Assembly: GCF_009914755.1 (NCBI RefSeq)
Contig: NC_060925.1
Reading direction: 5' to 3' (one strand)
Length of the DNA: 64,000 nt
From: the human T2T-CHM13v2.0 reference genome, Homo sapiens
A program made the translations under genes and the position numbers. The notes below the pieces were generated by a model. The model did no database searches. It saw only the letters and a program-made list of their open reading frames with translations, and was not told where the DNA came from. Within the stretch, counting starts at the first letter, position 1; each line of letters starts with the position of its first letter. Positions 1 to 14,749 of this stretch are shown piece after piece.

Positions 1-219
1 ACGCTCACACCCACTCACACTTGGAAGTGCATTCTCACAGTCATGCAGACTCACTCACAGTCCTCAGCCACCCTCCTTAGCCCCTCTAGGAACCTCCCCG
101 CCCCACCCTGCCCTGCTCAGTTGGGCCCCTTCCAGGTCAGGCTTCTCTGGGCCACCACTGGCCCAGCTCTTTCCCATCCCACACCCTTCCTGCCCCTCCC
201 AGCTCTCTGAACTTGACTC

Positions 220-425
220 TTCCCTCCCACCTGCCTCTTCTCTCCTTCCTCCCCTTGTCTCTTTGCCCCCGCCTCTGTCCCCTGCTCCTTCAGTGTCCTC
301 TTGTCTTCCTTTTCCTTGTCTTAGTCTCTCCATCTCCCCTCCTCTCTGTTTCTCTCTCTCCCTCCCCTGCCTCCCCACTTGTCTCTCTCCCCGTCTCTCT
401 AGCTCCCTCCCCATTTCCTTCTCTA
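220..425. repeat. CT-rich low-complexity tract
   Basis: Almost purely pyrimidine on the + strand; explains the spurious ORFs at 64-716. Confidence 0.8.
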
Positions 426-1664
426 AGGGGACCACTTGCCTGTGCCTGGACATGCCAGGGACCCTGGGCAAATTGTGGGCTAGAGAGTGAATCCTCCCTC
501 CTCAACCCAGACACATTGGGGTCAGGACATGCCCCCCAACCTCCCCCTCTAGCAAGGGGCACAGGTACCTACATACCAGGGCCACACCTTGCCCCCTCTC
601 CTTGCCCCCACCACCTCCCAGGGCTGGCATCCTGCAGGTACGGGATGAGCCATGCACCCGGAGTCCACACCAGACATCTGTCAAATCCATGTCCCACAGG
701 GGGCCTGGCCTGTTGATTCTGAAGGACTTCAGAAAATGGATTCTAAAGGGACAGAAGTGTGTCCTGGTTCGACGTGACCCCATTTGTGTGTCTCTGAGCC
801 GTACGCAGTCTCTCTCAGCCTCAGTTTCCCCCCCAGGCCCTTGAATAAATTAAACGAGGGGCTGCCAGCCCAGAGTGGGCTGAGATAAATGTCTCCTGAC
901 CTCCTGTGGTACTCCCCAAGGTGAACATTCCAGACCTGCCACTCCCCTGTGGCCTGACTCAGGCCCTCCCTTTCAGGAGCTGACCTCCCTCCCACTGCCT
1001 GAGGACTCTGGCACAGGATGCTCTCACCCTCTGCCCCTCTCCCCACCTCTCTACAACCACCCAGTCCAGACAGCTGGGCTGGAGGGGATCAGAGACTGTG
1101 AGCAGCCACCTCCCACCCATCCTGGACCCAGGGTCAGCAAGGAGCGGGTGGGGGTGCAAAGGCTGTGATTCTTTTGGGTGGGAATGGGGGTGAGGGTGAG
1201 AATCAGGCAGGTGCATGTACATGTGTGTATGAGAGAGAGAGAGAGATTGGGAGGGAGAGGGAGCTCACTAGCGCATATGTGCCTGCCAGGGGGGCTGCAG
1301 ATGTGTCTGAGGGTGAGCCTGGTGAAAGAGAAGACAAAAGAATGGAATGAGCTAAAGCAGCCGCCTGGGGTGGGAGGCCGAGCCCATTTGTATGCAGCAG
1401 GGGGCAGGAGCCCAGCAAGGGAGCCTCCATTCCCAGGACTCTGGAGGGAGCTGAGACCATCCATGCCCGCAGAGCCCTCCCTCACACTCCATCCTGTCCA
1501 GCCCTAATTGTGCAGGTGGGGAAACTGAGGCTGGGAAGTCACATAGCAAGTGACTGGCAGAGCTGGGACTGGAACCCAACCAGCCTCCTAGACCACGGTT
1601 CTTCCCATCAATGGAATGCTAGAGACTCCAGCCAGGTACAAAGTTGGATAAATGAAAGAATGAA

Positions 1665-1850
1665 TAATAGCCATTGATGTTTGTAAAGTGCACAGGGCAA
1701 ACACTTTATAACTCAGTAATCACCCCCCTTTTACAGGTGGAAAAACTGAGGTGCACAGAAGTGATGTAACTTGCCCAAGTTTATACAGCTAATAAGTGGC
1801 AGAGCCAGGATTCAAGCCAGCAGGTTCCAGAGTCTGTGCTCACTGTACCT
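1665..1850 (-). mobile_element. MIR SINE
   Basis: ttttacaggtggaaaaactgagg...aacttgcccaagtttatacagctaataagtggcagagccaggattcaa is the reverse MIR core. Confidence 0.8.
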
Positions 1851-1962
1851 CTTAGAATACCAAGTCCTTGAACCGCAGGAATTGCCACATTTCTGTGCCC
1901 CCGGCTCTGAGCACTGGCTAGGCACATAGCAAATGCTCAACAGTGCTTGCTGAGTCAATGAG

Positions 1963-2025
1963 TGGATGGATGGATGGACGGACGGACGGACGGACGGACG
2001 GACGGACGGATGGATGGATGGATGG
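1963..2025. repeat. Compound tetranucleotide STR (TGGA)4(CGGA)8(TGGA)3
   Basis: Read directly; sits at the end of an L2-like 3' fragment (gcacatagcaaatgctcaa...tgagtcaatgagt). Confidence 0.95.
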
Positions 2026-3342
2026 GAAAGGAGTTCACCATGAGGATGGCTTCCCAGGCCCCAGGATCCCAGCTTCTCAGCACAGTAAGGTCCTACTGCG
2101 TGTGCTTGGCTCCTGCCGCCCCTATTCCCACCCCCGCCAGGCAGGTGTTAGCTGTGCCCTCCACAGGGCCAGGCCCCACAGGGACAAAGCCGAGGGCGCG
2201 CCTGGGCGGCCCAGCGCCTGCATAGGCTGAAGCTGCTAACAGGCTGGAAATCTCTTTTGTCAAAGCCTGCACTGCCTCCAACCTCCTTTAATTAAAGACA
2301 ATTAGTGCTTTCAGCCCCTCTGCACAGCTCAGCTCCCCTGTTTGCAAACACACAGCTGCGGGAGCTTTGTGGGCCCCCCCTCGTCACCACCCCCCAGCCC
2401 TACTTCCCCAGAGACACACAGAGGTGCCTTTATTATCAGCACTCCGGCTGCAGCACCAAGAGGCAGGCGCCTCTGCTTAAAGGAAGGATGGGAACGCTTC
2501 CCAGCTAGGCGGGGGAGCAGGAATAGTTGAGGACCCTGGGGTGGCCTGGCACATGTGGGCCATGGGTCCCACGCTTCGAGGAACAGCCACTTGGGGCACC
2601 TCTGAGGGACCTGTCACCTCCCCTTCTCCCCTTCTGTCTCCTCTGCTCCTCTGGGCCTGCTTCCTGGAATTTGGGCTGTCCACATGTTTTCTCCCAGAAT
2701 CTTGTCTCTGACTTGGGCACTGTAGGGTGTAGATGCTGGCCCTGAGTACTACCTTAGGAAGGAAGGAAAAGGGAGAAATGGCTTTTATTGAGCACCTGCT
2801 GTATGTTAGGGCGCTTGCTAGACTCTGGCTCTACACACCATCATTCTGAAATATCCCCATTTTATAGATGGAGCTGCCAAGGCGCTCAGAACGGCTTGGT
2901 GACTTGGTCAGGCATGACAAGGACATAGCAGAACCAGCATTTAAGGTCAAGCTTTCTGGCCTGAGCATACTGGTTGGATCTACGCATATGAGGAGCCCAG
3001 CCTCCTAGAAGTCAAAAGGTCAGCTGGTCCAGCTCCCTCCCAGCCTCTACCCCCATGGTCTGAGCATGTGCCATGTGTACTAGGGAAGTCACAGCCACAT
3101 CCATGCCCTCCAGATGCTCCCAGTAAAGGGAAGATGCCACCAACAGACCCTTACACAGTGGCAGTGCCCTACAATGGTGGAGGGCTCTACAGAATTCCCG
3201 GACAGCACAGAGGAGGGAGTGACTTTGCAGGGAGAGGTGGAACATTTGAGCTGGTTCTCAAAAGGTGAATGGTTCTCAAAGAGGACAGTGGGGCAAAAGT
3301 ATTCTAGCCAAAGGCCAGGGGCATAAAAGAAAAGCAAATTCT

Positions 3343-3695
<353 letters not shown>

Positions 3696-4124
3696 TCACT
3701 GGGCCCATTGTGGATGAGGGGACTGAGGTTCCCCAAACCTGAATGCGGTGCTGCACCCACCCCATTTCTCAGCTCCTGCAGGAAACCATGACTGTGCTCA
3801 CTCTCCTTTGAATCCCAGGACCTCAGCCAGTGCCTGGCACAGAGCAAGGGTTGGGGACATATCTGCTGAGTAAATAAAATGTCCCAATGATGGCAGGTGA
3901 GAGGCCCACAAGCTACCTGTCTCCCTTCCCGGGCACAGGGCAGACATACCAAATTAACCACGGCCCTCTTCCACCCAGTCCAGAAGGGGCCCGAGGCCAA
4001 CTCCTGGGAGCTGGTGAGTGTGGTGAAACTGACGTGTCACCGCAGAGTCAAGTCCAATGCTCACATTTTGCAGATGAGAACATCCAAATAGTATGCTTCT
4101 GAATGGGGAGGAAGAGATAATAAG

Positions 4125-4380
4125 ATTAATAGCTTAACATTTACTGAGTGATATTTATATACCAGGCACAGTTCTAAGCTCTTAATGTATATTTAATTCC
4201 CGTAACACCCTTATGACACGGGTATTAATCTTCATCTTCTCATTTTACAACGAGAAAAGCTGAGGCACAAAGCAGTTAAGTAACTTACCCAACACCACAC
4301 ATCAGTACGGGATGTGCAGGGCCAAGATTCAAACCCAAGGAACCTCACTCCAGAGTCATGCTCTCAACCACTATGCCATA
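4125..4380 (-). mobile_element. MIR SINE
   Basis: catttactgag...ccaggcacagttctaag...ctcattttacaacgagaaaagctgaggcac...gattcaaaccca. Confidence 0.8.
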
Positions 4381-4999
4381 TGTCCTGTCCTCCATCGTCA
4401 TGGGACCTCGTGGCCCCCAGAGCTGGCCACCCTGCGGGCTGCTGGGCATCCTGCCTTGCTATAAGGCCTTGGCTTCTCCCACTCCAGTGGAGAACAGACA
4501 GCTGAGTCAGAGCTGGTGGGGCCGGGCCAGGCCTGGGATCCATCTGCCTTTCAGCAGCCTCTGGGCCCATTTCCTCGGGCCCAGACAGCTTCCCGGCGGT
4601 GCCTCTGCAGGCCCTTTTAAGTCCCCTGGCACCCTCAGCCCCACTTCCTGTGACCCCTGGCCCTGGCCTGACCCACTCCGCTCAGTTTCCCAAGATGAGT
4701 TGCAGAAGCTGCAGGGTCTGTGCAGAGAAGGGAAAATTAACGAGCTGCTCCCCGGCAATTGGCAGTTTCCAGGCACCAGCTGGCCTGGAGTATTTACTCG
4801 GCACCCTCAGAGCAAGACAATTAAGTGGAGCTTAGGTTGGGGTGCAGAGATGTCTACAGATCAGACAGAAACCTTCCTAAGATGTTTTTCCAAGAGATCA
4901 GTGCCTAAGAACAAGTTTCCAGGGAAATACAGTCTTTATTCATCCTTATTAGTATCTGATATATTAATATACATAACGTATATGTTATATACATACTCA

Positions 5000-5190
5000 T
5001 TTAATTATTTAGCATTCACTGTGTGCCAGGATCCTTGTTGAATCCTCACCATCTCTCTGCAAGGTAGACATCATTATCCCCATTTTACAGATGAGGAAAC
5101 TGACTCCCAGCAAGGTTAGGAGGCATCTGCCAGGTCACACAGGAGAGCCAGGATTTGAACCCAGGACTGTCTAACTCTAAGCTTCTGCTT
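5000..5190 (-). mobile_element. MIR SINE
   Basis: attatccccattttacagatgaggaaactga...gccaggatttgaacccagg. Confidence 0.8.
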
Positions 5191-6192
5191 CTTGCATAGA
5201 ACAGACCTCCCTCTTGGTCTCTGGTTGATTGTATGTAGCACTGTATTAGGCACCAAGACTGCGCGAGGAGCAAGAGAAAACCCAGTGTGTGCTGTGGACT
5301 TATGTGGTGCTCCACAGCAGGCACAGAGAAGAATAAGAGCATGAGACCCCTTCCCTGCTCTGAGAAGTATCATTTTGAAGATATATGTTGGCCAATATGT
5401 GAGCCCAAGGTCTGGTCAGCTTGACTGGTTCTGAAGGTAGGGTAGGGCTTCACTTAGGAAACAAACCTTGTGCTGGGCTTTGAAGGTTGAATAGGAGTCT
5501 GCCTGGTGGAGATGGGTCAAAGGGCATTCCAGGTGGAGAATTCAGCATGGACATTATAGTGCTTTGCGTGCTAGGGAAGTGACCCGGAGTTCAGCCTGAT
5601 GGGGTGTTTGGTAAGATCGGTGGGGTTGGGGGACTTAGAGGGTTGGACTAGGCAGCTCTTGTGCGGGAGACCTGGGCACCAGCCAAGAAGAGACACAGGA
5701 GATGGGAGCGGGACCCTGCCACTGCCAACATGATCCTACAGCAGGAAGGGCCTGCTCAACACCATGCAGCAGGGGCCCTGGGCTCGGCCAGGGGTCCCCC
5801 AGCCCTCCACTGTTCTCCTGTTTCCTGTGCCCCACAGTGGTGGGGTGGAGGGAGCTGGTGGATTGCTTGGCCATTGAGCCTCCCCTTCGTGCTGCCCTCC
5901 AGGAGCTTCACATCCACCTGTCTGGCACCACCCCACATTGGGCCATTACTAACTCACTCTGTGACCTGAGGCAAGTCACCTCTCTCTGGGCCTGGGTTCC
6001 CCAAAAGTCAAAGAAGGCACTAAACCAGAGGTTGTCCTTACACCTCTGCATCCTAGAGTTCTCTGAGAGAATGAGTGGTAAATCCCCACCTCTTGGGAGT
6101 TTCCCAGTGGGTGGGGATCAGGGCAGGGGGTGCAGGGACTTCCCATGACAAGGGGCACATTCAGGGACACAACCGACCCCAGCAGAGCTGCC

Positions 6193-7545
<1,353 letters not shown>

Positions 7546-9383
7546 ACCCCAGCCACAGCCCTGCTTAGCTGTGTGGCCTGGGGCAAGTCAGTTCACTTCT
7601 CTGAGCCCCCAGATATTTGTTGTGAAATGGAGGCGCCACATCTACCTCTCCAGATACTAGGAGGATGAAATTGTAGTGAATGTAGGCACCACCAGTCATA
7701 CCCCACTTGTCCTGCCTGGCCAGGGAGGGAAGGGGAGCTTCCAGGGGAGCAGTGAAGCTGCGGCCCTGCCCGCGGGGCCTGAGCTGCTGGAGGCTGGCGC
7801 ACCTTGGGCCCACCTGGGGATTTTCCATGAGGCTTCCACTCAGAGTGGGCAGCAATGATGTCAGTGAAATCATGGAACACATTTTGTAAGAAAATTAATA
7901 AGAAACGGATGAAGATGGAAATTATGAACCCTTGGAAACCACAGCAGGAGGGGTGTGGTACTCAGAGGTGCCAGACCCACCCGGTTGAGTGGGGGGACCC
8001 TCAGAATGAAGGAAATTGGGGGCGGGGGCTGTGGAGAGCGAGACGTTGCCTGTGAAGGCAGGAGGGAGGGGACTTCAGGGCAGCCAGAGGGAGAGGGACG
8101 TGGCCCCACAGCCAGAAGGGCCACTCATGTTGAGCTGGGTCCTGGCCTCAGGCTCTCTGAGCCTCGGCGTCCTCATCTGTAAAATGGGCATAGTAACAGC
8201 TATAGGGATGAAAGAAGTTGGAGCAAGCCTGGTTAGATGGGACTCCATAAACAGCAGCTGGCATTGCTGTTCATCGTGGGTGGGAGTCGAGCATTGCCGT
8301 CTTCAACCCATCTGAGGCTGGCAGGAGTTTGATGAGTGTTGGTAGAATGACCAGATTGACGACTTGGTGGATGGACTGACAGACAGGTAAAGGGATGAGT
8401 GAATGACTACAAACCACCTTCACTGGCCACAGGAGCCTAAATCTGTGTCTTGTATTTTTCTTCTGTCACCCACAAGCCCCCAGCTGGCTGCTGACATCTA
8501 GTACCCTTTTAATTGATGATTTGTAATTTATTATAATTTGGCATATTATATACTTGCGTTATACTTCAGTATCATACTCTGTTATAATTCTATAAAGTCT
8601 AGCACCTACCTAGTACTTTTCTGTTTACAAAGCATATCTAGACCCTTCAACTTGCCAGTCAGGCAGGTTCTCTTGTTTTGAGGTGAGGAAACCCAAGCTC
8701 AGAGAGGTTCAGTAACTTGTCACAGGTCACACAGCTCCTGAGTGGCAGGACCAGAATTCACACTCTGGGTATTTTGTCTTCCTGGGGCACTGCCGGCAGG
8801 GCTAGGATATTTCTGGTGATCTGGAGCCTGACTTGAAGGTGTAGAGTAGGGTGAGGGGTCCACTAGGCATGGGATCAAGAAGAATGGGGTGAAGTTGGGC
8901 ATCTGAGATCAGAGGCTGAGGGTGGGGAAAAAAGCTCAAGGCCTTATCTGTGGTGCAGTCCGGCTCCTTGTGGGAGCACAAAGGGCCTGTGCCACAGGAG
9001 GTTGACCTCGAGATGGGCAGCTGAGGTGGGTGCTGGCAGAGGCTGTGGAGGGGCCATCTGGGAGGTAGGGTCAGCAGTAGGCACCACGAGGCATTGGGAG
9101 ATGGGTGGGCATGCCCGGATTTTCCTGAATGAAGTGTCCCAGATGAAGCATCACTGTCCACCAGCCATGTGACCACAGCAAGTGACTTCACTCTCTGAAC
9201 GCTGGTTTCTTCCTCTGCAAAATGGGGGCTACAATGAGAGAAGTTAGGGAGCCTTCACAGCCCTTTGCCCAGAGCACTGGGCACCCTGGCTGGCCAGTAT
9301 TCTATTCATCCCCCCTGAAATATGCCCTCTGGCCCTCCAAAGACCACACCCCTGTATCTGAGGCTCAGAAATGATAGTCACAT

Positions 9384-9681
<298 letters not shown>

Positions 9682-12600
9682 GAAATGATACTCACCATAT
9701 GGATTTGTTGGCTTATCTTTATGTATTTACTGAGGACCCATTGAGTGCCGAACTTGAACATTGCTCAGTGAGGCTAGTAGGGCACTGGGTCCAGGTGCTC
9801 AAGCTTATCTGAGAAACAACGAAGAGGCCATTGCAGCTCAGGGTGATGACTGCCCTAATGCAAGTCGACATTCAGGGTGCAGTGGGAGCAGGAGGCGGTG
9901 TCCCCAACACTGCCTGGAGGAGGTGGGCTTATATACCTATGCAGGGTGATGCTGGAAAGTGGGGGGGTGCAAATGGAGGGAAACAGACACCCACTAAGCA
10001 CCTACTCTGTACCACGCTCTGCCCTTTCCATCCATTTCCCTGTCAAGCCTCCTTGCACTGCATCATGGTAGTCTCCTCATGCCCACTTTACAGATGAGGC
10101 CACTGAGGCTCAGAAAGGTGAATGCACTGCTTAAGGTCACACAGCCACAAAGCCAACCGCAGCTGAGGTGTATCTACCCTCAAAGCCACTGAGGTTGGTT
10201 GAGTGGGCCTGAGGTAGGGCCCAGGGAGGCGGGGAAGAAGCATGGGCTCCGAGCCCAGTGGCCCAGGAGCTATGTTCTCACCAGGCCAGCCGAGGCCACT
10301 GGCAGCCGTGGTTTACAAGGCATGGGGCTGGCCTGACTGCTTTGCTTCACAAATGCACGCCGGCTCATCTGGGGTACATTTGCGCCTTTATGAGTGTTCT
10401 TCAAAAGCCCAGCTCGGCTCTGTGCCTGTAACCATGGAGACAGCTCTGGGTGGCTGGAACCAGTCGCCCTCTATGGCCACACGTGAAGGCTGCCAGGTGC
10501 TGGGGCCGTCACCACGCTGGGCAGGGCACCCATAGAGGCCTTTCCTGAGAGGTGCTTGTGGATGCCAAGGGGTGAGGGTTTAAATCCAGTTCCCAGGAAA
10601 AGTGAAAAGGTCAAGTCTGCTTCATTGACGGCAGAGCCATGTGGGCCAAGACCACCTCTCTGGCCCACCACGTGCCTGCTCTTCCTGGGTAAAGGTGAGC
10701 CTTCCCTTAGCCCGCCGCCCTTGGAATCAGGACAGGCTAGAGATGGAAGGTGGGGGGTGGTTGTGGGGGGTACAGGAGGCTGGGTTTGAGTCCCAAAGTG
10801 CAGCCCCACACAGCCGAAGACCCTCACACCGAAATCCCATTTTCCAAATAGGGAAACCAAGGCCCATAGAAAAGAAATGAGTTGCCCAAGGCCACCCATC
10901 AAGGTAGAGGCCAGAGGAAGCCTGGCTGGACCCTGGCTCCGAGTTCAGTGCTCCCTCTAGGCCACCATGAAGCTTCTCAGTGAAACCTGAGGTGGGGCTG
11001 GGCCCAGGATCAGGCCGTGTTGGGTGCAGCCAGCCCACGCTGGAGGCTGGTCTGAGCCCTGCATTGGCCCCAGGCCCTTCTTGGCTCTCAATTTTGGTCC
11101 AAGTCTCAGGGGCCGTTCAAAGATTCCGAAGGCATGTGAACATTTTGGAAGCAATTTGTCAGTCCTGGAAGCTGCTTGGAGGCTCCAAAGACTGTTTAAA
11201 GATTCCAGAATCTGTTATATTTGCAAGGGCTGTTGTTCATAGTTTCCAGAGTGGTTTGCAGGCCCTGGGCGAAGGTCTGGAGGCAGTGTGGGGGTCTGGG
11301 GCTGGAAGCATGGCTGGGAGCCCGGGGCGGTGCTGGAAGTGGAACTGATGGCTGTCTAAGCTCCCAGTTTTCTCTCCAAGGGCTCAGTCTATGAAGCCAC
11401 CATGTCCATCGGGCATCTGCTGTTCTGAGAGGCAGAAGGTGTGTGGGTGTTGGCAGCAGCAGGAGAGGATTTAAAATCCAACTTTACCATTCACGTGCTG
11501 TGTCACCTGGAGCCAATTACTTAACCTCTCTGGGCCTTCTTTTCCCCCATCTATACAATGGGACTTAGACCACCTGTGCTGCAAGCCTAACTGTCCACCA
11601 CCCATCTCATCTCAGGCATCTGTCGGATTAGTCAGAGAACATCCCCATCCAGAACTAGTTAACACTGTTCCTGGGTGTGGACTTGGTGTCTCTATCCAGG
11701 GTGGAAGCCTGGCCTTCTGTAATAGCCCTGCCGGCCCTCCTAAAACCAGACCTCTCTGAGCCCCAGCCCTGCTGTGTCTGTCACTGGGGAGGAGCCATGC
11801 ACTGTGCCAAAGGCCCTGGTTGACCAGGATGTCTGTTCCTACCCATGCCCCGTGGAAGTTTCTGGCTGTTCACAATCCCAGTCCTGCCTCCTGCCTTCTT
11901 CATACCGCATTGCCTTCTCCAGCACTCTTCCTTCCAAGCCCATTGGCCCAACTCCCCCATCCCCACCCACCAGTACCTTAGGTCTCAAACTTGCCCTTGC
12001 CATCCTCTGGGCCTTGGCTCACGCTGTTCCCTCTGCCTGTCCCATCTCTGCCGTTCCCCCTGCCACCCTCCCACCTGGACCCCTTGCGGTTCCCTCTCCT
12101 CCAGCCTCCACCCTGTCTCACGTTGCTGATTAGAGTGGCACAGTCTACCCTCCAGGTCTGCGTTGCCTCCTTGCCACCAGGTAGCCCCTCACAGCAACTG
12201 TAGGATATAGGCCTGACTCCCAGGGTGGTCATGAAGGTCAGATGAGATGATGGATAGGCAGGAGATGTATAAAGTCTAAAGTGATGAGGCTAATGGTGGC
12301 TGAGTGATTTGCCTAAGGTCACCCTGGGGGAGATGAGGGCCAAGCCAGGACCTCAGTCCAGGTCTCCTGGCCAGGACGTCGACCACTAGAGCCCCAGACC
12401 ATCATGGGTGCCCCTCTGAGAAGTTTTACTTTTCTCCAACTCCCTGACCCACTTGCAGAGCTGCAAGCAGGCAGGCTGGCTCCCAGCTGGGATAATCACT
12501 GGCCGCTGGCTGAGGTGTTAAATGCATCGTGCCTTCCTGGTAGACAGGAAGATCAATACCAAGGTGGATGGGCAGCCTCGCTGGATGCCACAGCCAGCCC

Positions 12601-14693
12601 CCAAGGGTGAGAATGGGCCAAGAATAAATATAACCAGGCCTGCTCCCTCCACAGGGTCAGACCAGGCCAGATGAAAATGCTGTAGCTTTGATGGGACCAC
12701 CTGTGGCATTATCATCATCATCCCAAGCAACATGATTAGACCATAAACTCTTCTAAACTTGTTTGTTCCTGACATGTGTAAACTCACTGAATCCTCATAA
12801 CCACGCTCTGAAGCAGGTCCTGATATTATTCCCATTTTACAGATGAAATGTGGCACAGAAAGGCTTGTGACTCACCGAAGGTCACACAGCTAGATTAGAA
12901 CCCGCAGTTGCCTGGGTCAGAGCCCATGCCTGCTGCTGGGATAGTCTGCTGCCTTTTTAGTCATATGGACCATCCTGTGGCCACACATGCCCACAGGCTC
13001 CTTTCTGTTCAGAAATGGCAAATCAGGGGCCTTGTCTCCAGCCCCCGGTGTGCTTTGGGCACAGGGGTCTTCAGTGCCTGAGCTTCTTGGAGTTTTCAGA
13101 GCTTGGACTGTGCTTTAGCCAAGAGCTCCTGGACATGTATAGACACGTACCTAGCAGATGCCCATGCTCCCTCATTCTTCTAGAGCTCAGAGCAGGCAGG
13201 CTAAAGGCGAGCCTGGTCCCCATAGACACTCTGGGCATGAGTGACCCCCTGCTTGGCATGAACTCTCAGGGATCCGAGCCCTTGGACTGCAGTGGTCTCA
13301 GCCTCACTGCCCATCGGCTAGGGGCCTGCATAGCCATAGCCAAAGATGGGCCTTCCTAAAGGGCGGGACGGGAAGAGGACTCCATCCCTGAGCTTCCTGG
13401 GGTTAGACTGGGAGGTGGGACAGAGGTCAGCGTATAAGCTGTGGAACTGCTGAATGGGAAGGGCCCAGCCCATTTATCTTTTCCCTGAAGGGCAGCCCGA
13501 GTGATAGGAAATGTCTGGGCTTTGGGATTCAAGCCAGCAAAGCCCCTGCCTTCTGTGTCATCTGGGCTTAGACACTTAACCTCTCTGATCCTTAGTCTGT
13601 CGCTTCCCTTACTACAGCTGACCCTTTCACCCTCTGCCAGACCACGTGGTCCACCTGCCTTCAGGTCCTTGTGCTCGATCCATCTGTCTCAAGCTCAGTG
13701 TACCTGGCCAGCCCCCCACGACCTCTTCTTCCAGTCCCACCCCGAGTCATCCTCCAGCCCTCCCTCACCTCAGGCTGGCTATGGGGACAGACACCAAGTC
13801 CTGCCCATTTTCTCTCCTGAATATCCCTGAGTAGTTACCTTCCCTCCTGGCCCCATGAACCACCGCCCTGGCTCTGCAGACCTTGTCATCATTCTGGATT
13901 TGGGCAGTGGTCTCCCTGCGCCCCCTGCCTGCCCTCTTCCCCATCCAGCCATTCCCCTCTGGCAGCTCCAGAACCATCTTTCTAAAATGGAAATCTGGTC
14001 ATGGTGTGTATCTACCTAAAACATGTCCTGATTACACACAGGATAAAGGTCAAACTCCTTCCTATCCCACAAGGAAAGCCTGACACCCTCCGGCCCAGCC
14101 TTCCCATTCTGCCTTCAGCCATGCTGTGCAACTGGGATGTGCTGAGTCCTACCTCTGAGCCTTGGCACATGCTGTTCTCTAGGCCTAGAATTCCCCTCTT
14201 TCTCTTCCCTCCCCTGCACCGTTCATCTTAGCATCCGTTTATCCGTCAGGTCTCAGTTTTGACGTCACCTCCAAGAATCTTCCCTTAACCACTCCCTCCC
14301 CCAAGACTGGGGTAGTTGACCATCCCCTGAGCTCCCACGCTTCATGCCTCCCCTGTCACTCTGAATTGTCACCATCTGTTTATGTGTCTTTCTCTCCACT
14401 ACACAGAGTCCCCGCCCCCAGGCTCAGAGATGGCCCCCATAGGTTAGAGTGAATGCCCCCCAACCCCAACCTAGGCTCCCCCCTCCCAGGGGAATTCTTA
14501 CTTCCTGGCTCACTGGGGGCAGCTAATGAAGTCCTAGTCCCACCTCCCCCGGAGCCATGCTGTGAGACCTTAGGATAGTGTCTTCCCCTCTCTGTGCCTT
14601 TGCTGCCGAGGAGCTATAAAAAGACAAGCCTGAATTAGATGACTTCTCAGGGCCTTGCCAGCTCTGCAGTTCCACAGCCTGGTCGCCCAGCAG

Positions 14694-14696
<3 letters not shown>

Positions 14697-14747
<51 letters not shown>
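14697..14747. repeat. (TC)25 microsatellite
   Basis: Perfect dinucleotide run read directly. Confidence 0.97.

Positions 14748-14749
<2 letters not shown>

Noticed and set aside
64-716. Overlapping R/E/G-rich and L/S/P-rich ORFs
   Set aside because: Products of the CT-rich low-complexity tract.
1610-1645. Alternative coding first exon ending CAG|GTACAA at 1635
   Set aside because: Weak donor; the nearby ATGs give either an immediate stop or phase 2, which is incompatible with phase-1 exon 4.
4358-5041. 227-aa plus-strand ORF
   Set aside because: No domain similarity; starts and ends in MIR sequence; expected by chance at this GC content.
10428-10441. RFX X-box-like GTAACCATGGAGAC
   Set aside because: Both half-sites deviate from GTTRC/GYAAC and it is a single isolated motif; too weak to call.
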